Notes: generated by a model not told the origin, from the sequence alone. 64,000 nt of DNA from a bacterium (GCA_963662285.2 CAXXMV010000002.1:1216001-1280000); one strand, 5' to 3'. Shown: positions 43,896 through 53,291, numbered from the stretch's first letter. Program-made: numbers and translations.

Positions 43896-46307
43896 ATGAC
43901 TCAACAATCCTCTATTAGGAACACGTTATTGCCAATGGATAGTATGATAGATCAAAATACCATAAATCTGAATCAGGCGGTTGATCAAGCAGTCGCGCAT
44001 CATGGCCGCGATTCGGAAGCGGTTATACCGATTCTGCAAGAGTTGCAGAAGCAATTCCGCTATCTGCCTGAAGACGCCTTGCGCAGAGTGTGCGAGATTA
44101 CAGATATCACCCCTGCTGACTTGACCGGAGTGTCTACGTTTTTTGATCAGTTTCGCCATCGTCCGGTAGGGCGTCATATGATTAGCGTCTGTCATGGAAC
44201 CGCGTGTCACGTAAAAGGCGCAGACCGGATCACCGAAGCGATACAACGCCATTTGGGGCTTGATGACGATAATGACACTGACGTCGATGCATGTTTCACC
44301 CTTCAAAAAGTGGCTTGCCTGGGATGCTGCACGCTGGCGCCAGCCGTTCAGATTGATGATGTGACCTATGGGCACATGCTCCCTGAGCGGACGCCCCGTA
44401 TGCTGATGGATTTTCTCGAACTCAAAAAACAAAATCCATCAACGCCAGTCAATAAATCTTCGCTCCATAATGGCGGTAGCGCCGGTGAACTCAGGATCAG
44501 CCTGGGGTCTTGCTGCGTCGCCAGAGGCAGCGGCAAGATACTTGAGGCGCTTGAGGAAGTCATGCTGCGATACGGCATTCAAGCCAACGTCAAACCGGTC
44601 GGGTGCGTCGGTATGTGTCATCAGACGCCGCTTCTGGAAGTGATCCCCCCGGAAGGCGACGCCCACTTTTACGCCCGTGTTCTTCCCGAAGACGCGGAAG
44701 CCATTCTGCTAAACCATTTCAAGCCGCAGAGTTATTTCAAAAAACTACAGGGATCGATTTCAAGAACCTTGAACTTTCTTTTGACTGGAGAATCACAACA
44801 TCCTATTAGTCAGCGAATGATTCATCTTCAGGATGAGCCGGTCGCTGCTTTTCTTCATAAACAACAACATATTGCCACGGCCTACAGTGGACAACTCGAT
44901 CCCACCGATCTTGATGAATACAGAAGCCATGACGGCTTCACCGCTCTCGAACAGGCCATACAAAGTTCTACGCCGGAAGAGATAATCGCCCGTATCACGG
45001 CCAGTGGTCTGAGAGGCCGGGGCGGCGCCGGTTATCTGACCGGCCTTAAATGGTCCAAAGTTCAACAGACCGCTGAGCAAACACGGTATGTGATATGCAA
45101 TGGCGATGAAGGCGACCCTGGAGCATTTATGGATCGCATGCTGATGGAGTCATACCCTTATCGCGTTATTGAGGGGATGATCATCGCCGCTTATGCAGTT
45201 GGCGCTCAACAAGGCTATTTCTATATACGTGCCGAGTATCCCCTGGCGGTGAGCAGAATCAAGCAAGCCTTGAAGCAATGTCGGGAGCATGGACTGCTGG
45301 GTGAGCGGATATTGGGCAGCGCGTTTAACTTTGATCTAGAGATCAAGGAGGGGGCGGGCGCTTTTGTCTGTGGAGAAGAATCTGCATTGATTGCTTCAAT
45401 CGAAGGTCAGCGGGGAATGCCCCGGCTTCGACCCCCATATCCTGCTGAATGTGGTCTTCGGGAAAAACCGACTTTAGTGAATAACGTTGAAACCTGCACG
45501 CTTATCCCGGCTATCTTGCGTGACGGCCAGGAGACATTTCTCTCGCTGGGCACAAAATCGAGCGCGGGAACCAAAGTCTTTTCATTAGCAGGAAAAGTGG
45601 TTCGGGGTGGATTGATTGAAGTGCCGATGGGCATCAGTTTAAGAGAATTAGTGGAAGAGATCGGCGGGGGAGTGCGGGAAGGAAGGCGTTTCAAAGCTAT
45701 CCAGGTGGGCGGCCCTTCAGGCGGCTGCATCCCGGCGGAACAGACCGATGTCCCCATTGATTACGAATCGCTCTCCAGTCATGGAGCGATCATGGGATCA
45801 GGCGGTCTGGTCGTACTCGACGATGAAGATTGCATGGTGGATATGGCGCGGTATTTTCTGGAATTCACCCGGGAACAGTCATGCGGCAAATGCACATTCT
45901 GCCGGGTCGGTTCATTGCGGATGTTGGACATTCTCGAAAAACTTTGTGAGGGAAAAGCATCCCGTGGCGATTTGGAAAAACTGGAATCCTTGGCTGGTTT
46001 GGTTCAGCAGGGCAGCCTCTGCGGGCTGGGCAAGACGGCGCCTAATCCAGTGTTAACTACTCTCAGGCATTTTCGCAGTGAATACGAAGCTCATCTTGAG
46101 GGACGGTGTCCGGCTGGCAGGTGCCGTTCCTTGATTACATATTCCATAACCAGTGAATGCGTGGGCTGTACGCTTTGCGCTCAGAATTGTCCGACGCAGG
46201 CCATTGCCGTGAAGCCTTATGAACGGCAGGTGATTGATGTAGACCGTTGCGTCCGGTGCGGCGCGTGTCTCAATGTGTGCCCGGTTCAGGCAGTCAGGAA
46301 GGAATAG
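43896..46307 (+). CDS. Fused NuoE/NuoF-like (HydC-HydB/BfuC-BfuB) NADH-binding flavo-Fe-S protein
   Basis: CHGTAC...CLGCC (2Fe-2S), second thioredoxin-like Fe-S domain (GCVGMC), GLRGRGGAG, EGDPGAFMDR, GAFVCGEE, GGPSGG, SCGKCTFCR...LCGLG, CPAGRC, C-terminal 2x[4Fe-4S]. Confidence 0.93.
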   Translation: MTQQSSIRNTLLPMDSMIDQNTINLNQAVDQAVAHHGRDSEAVIPILQELQKQFRYLPEDALRRVCEITDITPADLTGVSTFFDQFRHRPVGRHMISVCHGTACHVKGADRITEAIQRHLGLDDDNDTDVDACFTLQKVACLGCCTLAPAVQIDDVTYGHMLPERTPRMLMDFLELKKQNPSTPVNKSSLHNGGSAGELRISLGSCCVARGSGKILEALEEVMLRYGIQANVKPVGCVGMCHQTPLLEVIPPEGDAHFYARVLPEDAEAILLNHFKPQSYFKKLQGSISRTLNFLLTGESQHPISQRMIHLQDEPVAAFLHKQQHIATAYSGQLDPTDLDEYRSHDGFTALEQAIQSSTPEEIIARITASGLRGRGGAGYLTGLKWSKVQQTAEQTRYVICNGDEGDPGAFMDRMLMESYPYRVIEGMIIAAYAVGAQQGYFYIRAEYPLAVSRIKQALKQCREHGLLGERILGSAFNFDLEIKEGAGAFVCGEESALIASIEGQRGMPRLRPPYPAECGLREKPTLVNNVETCTLIPAILRDGQETFLSLGTKSSAGTKVFSLAGKVVRGGLIEVPMGISLRELVEEIGGGVREGRRFKAIQVGGPSGGCIPAEQTDVPIDYESLSSHGAIMGSGGLVVLDDEDCMVDMARYFLEFTREQSCGKCTFCRVGSLRMLDILEKLCEGKASRGDLEKLESLAGLVQQGSLCGLGKTAPNPVLTTLRHFRSEYEAHLEGRCPAGRCRSLITYSITSECVGCTLCAQNCPTQAIAVKPYERQVIDVDRCVRCGACLNVCPVQAVRKE

Positions 46308-46309
46308 GG

Positions 46310-47890
46310 ATGGTTCGAGTAATCATAGATAGACAGGAAATCGATATGCCGGATGGCGCCACGATTCTCGATGCGGCATGCAAATTGGGAATTTCCATCC
46401 CCACCATGTGCTTTCTCGAAGGGAGGAAGCCACAGACGTCCTGTATGGTTTGCCTGGTGAAGACCCGGAATCCAGACCGGCTGGTTCCCGCCTGCGGCAC
46501 TCCGGTGCATGATGGTTTGGAAGTAGAAAGCGAAACGGAAGAAGTCCATCAAGCCAGAAAGGCCGCGCTGGAACTCTTGTTGAGCGAACACGTCGGAGAA
46601 TGTCTGGCGCCTTGTCATACCATCTGTCCTGCCGGGATGAATGTCCCCCGTATGATTCGACAGATAGAAGCAGGAGAAATGGCGCAAGCCATCTGTACGG
46701 TCAAAGCGGATCTGGCGCTGCCTGCCGTGTTAGGCCGGATTTGCGAGGCGCCGTGTGAGAACGGTTGTCGTCGAAAGGCTCATGATGACGCCGTGTCGAT
46801 CTGTTTGCTTGAACGTCATGTCGCAGACTGGGACCTGGCGCAAGATGAATCCTACTTGCCCCCATGCAAGCCGGATCAGAACAAGCGGGTAGCCATAGTG
46901 GGCGCCGGTCCAGCCGGATTGGCGGCGGCGTATCAGCTCCAGCAGGAAGGCTATGGATGCACGGTATTCGATGATCATGACCAGCCGGGAGGCAGCCTGC
47001 GGTATGAGGTTTCAGAGAGTGTTCTTTCCCGTGATGTTCTTCAGGCTGAAATCGGATTGATCGGGAAAATCGGCGTACGGTTTCTTATGGAGACGCGGAT
47101 TGGCGACCAGCTTTCTTTCGAGGATTTGCAGAGAGATTATGATGCCGTGCTTGTAACGGCAGGGGCGGTTCAACCAGATGCTGCTGAGGAATGGACGCGG
47201 ATTTTTGGACCGGGTGGAATCGAAGCGGATAGGAAAACATTCGAAACCCGCTTGCCGGGAGTCTTTGCCGCAGGCAGCGTACTTCGTCCTGAAAAGTATG
47301 CTGTGCGAGCGCTTGCCCAGGGCAAGAAGGCTGCTTTTTCCATAGCGCAGTATCTTAGCGGTGAACCTGTCACTGGTTATGCCAAAGAATTCACCACCAG
47401 CATCGGTAAGTTGACTGAAAGAGAGATGGATTGCTTCCTCTCGCTTGCCAGCCCGGTCGGACAGGTTGTTCCTGCCAATGGAATCGAAGAGGGCTTGCAA
47501 GAAAACGAGGCCCGCGAGGAAGCCATGCGCTGCTGCAAGTGCGGTTGCGACAGTCCATCTGACTGTAAATTAAGACTATACTCCGCCGCTTATGATGCGC
47601 GGCCGGGTCGGTTCAAAGGAGAGCGTAAGGAATTCTTGACGCTGCTTCAGCACCCAAACGTAATACACAACCCGGGTAAATGCATCCTATGCGGATTATG
47701 CATACAAATCACGAAGGATGCTGCTGAAGAACTTGGTCTGGCTTTCGCGGGTCGTGGATTTGAGGTAAAGGTTGTCGTGCCGTTTGGCGGTTCGATGAAA
47801 GACGGGTTAGCCCGTGTTGCATCGGAATGCGTCGAGGCATGTCCAACTGGAGCATTAGTTTTCAAAGAAGAAGATGATTGCCGCGAATAG
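46310..47890 (+). CDS. NuoG/HydA-head plus GltD-like FAD/Fe-S subunit (BfuA/NfnA-like), no catalytic H-cluster or Mo domain
   Basis: IPTMC...SCMVC...PAC, APCHTICP, GRICEAPCENGC, IVGAGPAG, EAMRCCKCGC, KCILCGLC, CVEACPTGAL. ATG at 46310. Confidence 0.88.
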   Translation: MVRVIIDRQEIDMPDGATILDAACKLGISIPTMCFLEGRKPQTSCMVCLVKTRNPDRLVPACGTPVHDGLEVESETEEVHQARKAALELLLSEHVGECLAPCHTICPAGMNVPRMIRQIEAGEMAQAICTVKADLALPAVLGRICEAPCENGCRRKAHDDAVSICLLERHVADWDLAQDESYLPPCKPDQNKRVAIVGAGPAGLAAAYQLQQEGYGCTVFDDHDQPGGSLRYEVSESVLSRDVLQAEIGLIGKIGVRFLMETRIGDQLSFEDLQRDYDAVLVTAGAVQPDAAEEWTRIFGPGGIEADRKTFETRLPGVFAAGSVLRPEKYAVRALAQGKKAAFSIAQYLSGEPVTGYAKEFTTSIGKLTEREMDCFLSLASPVGQVVPANGIEEGLQENEAREEAMRCCKCGCDSPSDCKLRLYSAAYDARPGRFKGERKEFLTLLQHPNVIHNPGKCILCGLCIQITKDAAEELGLAFAGRGFEVKVVVPFGGSMKDGLARVASECVEACPTGALVFKEEDDCRE

Positions 47891-47921
47891 AAATTCAAAG
47901 ATGAAATTCATCACAAATAGG

Positions 47922-49466
47922 TTATTTTGTTTGATACCAATGGCGGTTGTCTTGCGCCAGGAGAGCGGCTGATTCTGCTGGGCCGCTGCTGTCTTTTTCG
48001 TAGGATGATATTGGTAAAGACTTATCGTTTTCTATTGAATCAAGAATCGGGTCGATGAATTCCCAGGCCTTTTCGATAGAATCCTTGCGGGCGAATAGAG
48101 TCTGCTCTCTCCGGACGCAATCCAATAATAATTTTTCATAGGCTTCGGCTGATCGTTTTTGGAATCCGGCGGTGTATTGGAAATTCATATTGACATTGCC
48201 GATGCTGAGTGAGTCGCCCGGTTCTTTACATACAAACCGCATGGAAATTCCTTCGTCGGGCTGAATGCGAATCAACAAAACATTGGGATCGATCATCTGG
48301 CAAACTTCTTCGCGTCCAAACAGGCAAAAAGGAATGGTTTTGTAATGAATGGCGATTTCGGTCGAACGGGGATGCAAGGCTTTACCCGCCCGAAGGTAAA
48401 AAGGCGTTCCCTGCCAACGCCAATTGTCGATCATCACTTTCATGGCGGCGAAAGTCGGCGTGCGCGATTCTGCGGGGATGCCTTCTTCATTCAGGTAGCC
48501 GGAATATTGCCCGCAAACCACGTTGGTTTTAATATTGGCGCCGGAGAGAGGACGAATACTCCGTAATAAATGGTGTTTTTGATCGCGGATATCATCGGCC
48601 TTGAATGTAACCGGCGCCTCCATAGCGCATAATGATAATAATTCCAGCAAGTGATTTTGAACGACGTCGCGGAAGACTCCAGTGTTGTCGTAAAAATTGC
48701 CCCGTCCCTCGATACCAATATCTTCTAATGCCGTGATTTGAACGTGATCAATATATTTCCGGTTCCATAGCGGTTCAAAGATCGAATTGCCAAAGCGGAA
48801 GACCAGAATATTCTGAACCGTCTCTTTGCCCAGATAATGATCGATGCGGAAAACCTGGTCTTCGTTCATTATTTCCGTAATGGTTTGGTTGAGTTGTTGG
48901 GCTGAAGACAAATTCCGGCCAAATGGTTTTTCAACGATAATACGAGACCACGGTTGTTTTGAGTGTGGATTATGTTTTTGGATTAAACCTGCTTGCGACA
49001 GATTGGTGATAATAGTCGAGAAGACATTGGAGGGCGTGGAAAAATAGAATATGCGGTTGCCTTTGGTTCCAAGTTCGAGGTCAATTTTGTCTAGTTGTTT
49101 TTTTAGGTTGATATAGGTTTCTTCTTTATGTACATCACCACTCATGCAAAACAGTGATTGCGAGAGACGATCCAAGGTAGCATTATCAATCGGTTGAGAG
49201 CGGGAAAATTTGGTTACGGATTCCCGGTGCAAAGCGCGGAAATCGTCGATCGATGACATGCTGCGGCTGACTCCCATGATTGCGAAAGGGGCTTGCAGGC
49301 AATTATCGTGTAGCAGGTTGTAGATAGCCGGGACCAATTTCCGTTTGGCTAAATCACCGGAGCCGCCGAAAATAATCATGATGAATGGTTCATCGTTTTG
49401 TTGGTTCATTACCAGGTCTATTTGGGTTGATTGGTTATTTAAATTCTGGTCTGACATTTTTATCAC
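47922..49466 (-). CDS. zwf: Glucose-6-phosphate 1-dehydrogenase
   Basis: IFGGSGDLAKRKL, EKPFG, RIDHYLGKE, DVVQNH, WRWQGTPFYLRAGK. Alternative ATG at 49457. Confidence 0.97.
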   Translation of the reverse strand: MIKMSDQNLNNQSTQIDLVMNQQNDEPFIMIIFGGSGDLAKRKLVPAIYNLLHDNCLQAPFAIMGVSRSMSSIDDFRALHRESVTKFSRSQPIDNATLDRLSQSLFCMSGDVHKEETYINLKKQLDKIDLELGTKGNRIFYFSTPSNVFSTIITNLSQAGLIQKHNPHSKQPWSRIIVEKPFGRNLSSAQQLNQTITEIMNEDQVFRIDHYLGKETVQNILVFRFGNSIFEPLWNRKYIDHVQITALEDIGIEGRGNFYDNTGVFRDVVQNHLLELLSLCAMEAPVTFKADDIRDQKHHLLRSIRPLSGANIKTNVVCGQYSGYLNEEGIPAESRTPTFAAMKVMIDNWRWQGTPFYLRAGKALHPRSTEIAIHYKTIPFCLFGREEVCQMIDPNVLLIRIQPDEGISMRFVCKEPGDSLSIGNVNMNFQYTAGFQKRSAEAYEKLLLDCVRREQTLFARKDSIEKAWEFIDPILDSIENDKSLPISSYEKDSSGPAESAALLAQDNRHWYQTK

Positions 49467-49484
49467 CTATTGGTAATTCATCTT

Positions 49485-50300
49485 TCAGCGCCATATTGTT
49501 ATTCCCGAAGTGGTGGAGCGCAACTGATACAAACCAGTCCGGGCTGCAATAAACAAGGTTTTATAATCATATCCCCCAAAAGCCAGGTTGGCAGGTCGTT
49601 GAGGCAATTGGACGGTCTCTATTCGATTGCCAGCGGGATCAAAAATCACCACGCCTTCGGTTGATGCGACGTATAGGCAACCATTGATATCAACTTTCAT
49701 ACCATCAGGGCGACCGACAGGGGCGAATACCCGACCGTCGCTAATGTCACCATTGGGCGAAACACGGTAAATCATAACCAGTTCTTTTTCTGTATCAGCG
49801 ATGTAGATTTCCGTCTCATCCGGGTTCAGCGCCAAGCCATTGGGTTTATTGAAATCCTCTGATAACAGGACTGGCGTTTCACCGGGAGTTACTCGAAAAA
49901 CGCCATTGAATGATAGTTCTTTTTGGTGTTCTTCTATGCCATAGGGCGGATCGGTGAAATAGATAACGCCATCGGAGCGCACTATACAATCATTGGGGCT
50001 GTTAAGGCGTTTGCCATTATACTGTTCGACTACAGGGATTATGGCGCCTTTGGGATCAGTCATGCTGACGCGGCGGTTGGCGTGTTCGCAGGCCAGCAGG
50101 TTTCCCATACGGTCAAAGGCTAATCCATTGGATTGTCCGGTCTCTGAACGCCAGACGGATACGCCATCATTTTCATTGAACCGGTAAATCTTGCTTTCGG
50201 GGATATCACTGAATAGCAGGTAGCCATCCTTATGCCAGGTTGGACCTTCGGTGAAAGTGAATTGGTCTGTGATTAGTTTTAGTTCTGATAAGATAGTCAT
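49485..50300 (-). CDS. SMP-30/gluconolactonase family protein
   Basis: FTEGP, LNSPND, YFTDPPYG, PNGLAL, PDGMKVD. Confidence 0.93.
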   Translation of the reverse strand: MTILSELKLITDQFTFTEGPTWHKDGYLLFSDIPESKIYRFNENDGVSVWRSETGQSNGLAFDRMGNLLACEHANRRVSMTDPKGAIIPVVEQYNGKRLNSPNDCIVRSDGVIYFTDPPYGIEEHQKELSFNGVFRVTPGETPVLLSEDFNKPNGLALNPDETEIYIADTEKELVMIYRVSPNGDISDGRVFAPVGRPDGMKVDINGCLYVASTEGVVIFDPAGNRIETVQLPQRPANLAFGGYDYKTLFIAARTGLYQLRSTTSGITIWR

Positions 50301-50380
50301 GGTTAGTATATTGTGATTTATATATCACCCTCACTCTAGCCTTTCTCGCGGAAGGGGGGGTGAGATACGTAGGTGATCTC

Positions 50381-50440
50381 ATCAAGGGCTGACCGCAATG
50401 CGGTCTTGCCCTTGCCACCCGCCTTACCCTTGGCGCCCGC
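50381..50440 (+). repeat. REP-like palindrome, family A, copy 3, adjacent to a family-B palindrome at 50325-50363
   Basis: atcaagggctgaccgcaatgcggtcttgcccttgccaccc...cccttggcgcccg. Confidence 0.85.
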
Positions 50441-50476
50441 GTCTGACATTGATGTTTTATCTCTTTCATAACTGAA

Positions 50477-52114
50477 TTACTTTGGTGCGATTTCCTGGCG
50501 CGTTACTATGGGGACGTAGCCGACTTCCAGCCCCTGCGGCGGCGTTACGAGCAGGGCTGGATCTAGCGTGGCTAATGTTCCACTGGTGGGCGGCGCCATG
50601 TAATCTCTATCGATAGACCAGTTTTTATGGATTTTTTCTACGAAGGCTTGCAGTTTTGCTTTCTTATCCTTGCTCCAATTATATTGCTGAAAAGAAGGTT
50701 GATCAACGAAACGGTACCAGGAATATGTGACCATTGAACCATCGGTTAGATTGACGGTGAACGGCCCTTTTTGTGGGCCGGGTTTTGTCCAGGCGCCGCT
50801 GGTCGGTGAGGTATAAGGCTGGCCGGGATTGGCTAGTTTGAATTCCTGCGAGCGGAGCGGTCCCGGAACATCTGATGAGGATACTGCTACCTTCTCATCA
50901 CCGACATGCTTGTAGTATTGCGGGAAGAATCCCTTGGGGCTGATGTTGCTATCATACCATTCGAGTCCCCAGACATTGTCGCTATGTACTTTTACATCAA
51001 AGACCTTATTGATGCCGGTCATCTTTTTGCCATCCTGATCGAAACGGGGCGAGCGCGTGGTCAGTTTGGATTTCCAGGCGCCGTCTTGGTCGAATTCGCC
51101 TGAGCAGGTTGAACCACCGTCACGCCATGATTTGAATGAGTTATAGAGCGCCTTTTTGGAGTAATAGGTCACATCCTGCACTAGCAAAGTTCTGTTTTGT
51201 TGGTCTACTGGAAACTGTAACTTGGGTATCTTGGAATAAAGCACGCCTTGGTCGTCTTTGAAATCGAAGCGCGGCACGGTATTGATCTCCATAGCGCCGC
51301 CGCCCATTTTGCCGGGGCGGGCGTCGAGGCCGCGTCCGTAGATGAAGGGGTAACTGAAAATCTTGCCGATTTTGCTCCAGGTTTCGGGGATGTAGTAGGC
51401 GATGGGGCCTTTAAAATTAGCTGCGCTTATAAAGCAGGTCCAACTCTGGTCTCCAGTCGGTGGATCGCATGTGGTTGGATCGGTGAATGGCAGAGCCATG
51501 TAGGAGTATCCAAGGAACTTGCCATTGGGATTTCCCTGGAAAGGCAGAGCATCCGGCGGAATAAGCAGACGGTTGCTTAGTTGGGCGATTCCCAGGCGAT
51601 TATCGGGCAGAGCGGTAGTGCTGTAGAAAAACGACCAACCCGGCGAGCCGATTTCGTAGTCGTAGCATTGCGGAGTGGCGTTCATGCTGAACTTGGGAGG
51701 TCCATAACGGAAGCGGTTGCCCGCCCAATAGCCCAGGCCGCCTTCGAGAGTTTGAAAGACGCTGCTGTAAGTCGGGCCTCGTTCCGGCCAGTTGTCCCGT
51801 GCGAGAGTTCCGACTGGAGCTAGAGGTTTATCCTTGTTATCGGAGTTGTCGGGCGAGATCCATGAGCCAGCCAGGCCGATCTGGAAATTAGCCAGCGGCT
51901 TATCGATCAGCGGCCAGATGGCGGAATAGAAGCCCATGCCCGCGCTGTATTCAGAACGATCCTGCGGTCGGGTTGCATCGTAACTTATATAACCGTGTAG
52001 GCCGCTTGAATGCGAAGTGACAATACCTATGTCGTCTTGCTTTTGGCTCTCTTCACTTATGCATATTACAGGAGTGATGATTAGCGCTAATAGAATTAGT
52101 GGAATTCTTTTCAT
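50477..52114 (-). CDS. Secreted hypothetical protein, aromatic- and Pro-rich
   Basis: Signal peptide MKRIPLILLALII from the ATG at 52114. No family recognised. Confidence 0.8.
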   Translation of the reverse strand: MKRIPLILLALIITPVICISEESQKQDDIGIVTSHSSGLHGYISYDATRPQDRSEYSAGMGFYSAIWPLIDKPLANFQIGLAGSWISPDNSDNKDKPLAPVGTLARDNWPERGPTYSSVFQTLEGGLGYWAGNRFRYGPPKFSMNATPQCYDYEIGSPGWSFFYSTTALPDNRLGIAQLSNRLLIPPDALPFQGNPNGKFLGYSYMALPFTDPTTCDPPTGDQSWTCFISAANFKGPIAYYIPETWSKIGKIFSYPFIYGRGLDARPGKMGGGAMEINTVPRFDFKDDQGVLYSKIPKLQFPVDQQNRTLLVQDVTYYSKKALYNSFKSWRDGGSTCSGEFDQDGAWKSKLTTRSPRFDQDGKKMTGINKVFDVKVHSDNVWGLEWYDSNISPKGFFPQYYKHVGDEKVAVSSSDVPGPLRSQEFKLANPGQPYTSPTSGAWTKPGPQKGPFTVNLTDGSMVTYSWYRFVDQPSFQQYNWSKDKKAKLQAFVEKIHKNWSIDRDYMAPPTSGTLATLDPALLVTPPQGLEVGYVPIVTRQEIAPK

Positions 52115-53205
52115 GTTACTCTCCAATTGCTAACTTTGCTTAATTCATATTCAATCCAAGAAGCATTTGGCTTGGGTATTAATGATTTAATTTCTTTTAT
52201 AATATCGCGAAAGATACCAAACATGTGAAACAATGTATGAGTATTATTGCTTAATACATCAAATACATCATGATCTATATCATCTAGGAAATCATTTAGA
52301 AAGATACCCAATATATTACTTAGTTCTTGACGATAAATTGTATGTAAATTTTTACATCTATCGGATGGAGAGGGATGGGTATCCGATGAGTGATTGTTAA
52401 ATAAAGAACAAACAGCAAGAGCTAAAAAAGGTCCCAATAACATAAATTTAGTATGATATGTATCGCCCTTAATAGCTAAAGTTTTAACTAAGGAATGGCG
52501 AAGCATTATAGATAAGCCACATCGATCTGCATCATATTCCATCTTATGATTCTTTATTCTATCGGTACCGTATCCTCTGTGATCATGTAGAACATGACCA
52601 ATTTCATGTCCAATAATAAAAGAAATTGCAGACATAACGAGACATTGATCAAGATCCCATGAATCTTTTGTTTTAGGATAGATATCTGGAAGTTTATTAT
52701 TATATGGTAATCCTTGCCAAGAATGAATTATATAATTTAATGAATTGTATAAATTACTATCAGTAAAAAAATCCCAATTTTTTTCTTCCCAGGAACGAAC
52801 GTAGACATGTGTCCAAAATCCTAAAGTATGTACAAGCGCAAAATGTAATATTACAGTTCTATCGCCTTTAGGAGTAAATCCTGCATATGCATTAAATTGA
52901 TATGTAGGCATAATTCCAAAGAATGTTTTATCTGTGATTTCCTTTTCTATTGGATTTAAAATTGGTTTAATTTGTTTTAGATACGTATCGATCATTTCAT
53001 CGTGAATTATAGGAGAAATCTTATTACGTCTTTCTAGCCATATTTTTTTTGCTTTTTTTCTTTCAGTTGATGGTAATCGTTGTAAAAAATCTTCCAGCCA
53101 GTTATCGGGTAAATCATATTTATTATTCAAGCCATGCTTTTTTCGCATATAATCAAGCCATTCATTTGGAGCCATATCTTCAATTTTTTTTTGTACATTA
53201 TTCAT
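52111..53205 (-). CDS. HExxH zinc metallopeptidase, phage-exclusion Lit (U49)/M48-like
   Basis: FNAYA, FIIGHEIGHVLHDH, EYDAD, THPSPSDR. Markedly AT-rich gene. Confidence 0.65.
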   Translation of the reverse strand: MNNVQKKIEDMAPNEWLDYMRKKHGLNNKYDLPDNWLEDFLQRLPSTERKKAKKIWLERRNKISPIIHDEMIDTYLKQIKPILNPIEKEITDKTFFGIMPTYQFNAYAGFTPKGDRTVILHFALVHTLGFWTHVYVRSWEEKNWDFFTDSNLYNSLNYIIHSWQGLPYNNKLPDIYPKTKDSWDLDQCLVMSAISFIIGHEIGHVLHDHRGYGTDRIKNHKMEYDADRCGLSIMLRHSLVKTLAIKGDTYHTKFMLLGPFLALAVCSLFNNHSSDTHPSPSDRCKNLHTIYRQELSNILGIFLNDFLDDIDHDVFDVLSNNTHTLFHMFGIFRDIIKEIKSLIPKPNASWIEYELSKVSNWRVT

Positions 53206-53291
53206 AAAATCATTCTCCTCAGACTGGTATTATTTTCAAAATTGTACTTCAGATTTGAAACCGCCTGACATAATCTGCGCAAAAATATATT

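Noticed and set aside
46610-46630. CLAPCH as a heme c attachment site
   Set aside because: The spacing is CxxxCH, and it is part of the GltD-type Fe-S motif in a cytoplasmic protein.
43896-47890. Calling this complex I (nuoEFG), an [FeFe]-hydrogenase, formate dehydrogenase or glutamate synthase
   Set aside because: No other nuo genes, H-cluster motifs, molybdopterin domain or GltB large subunit are present.
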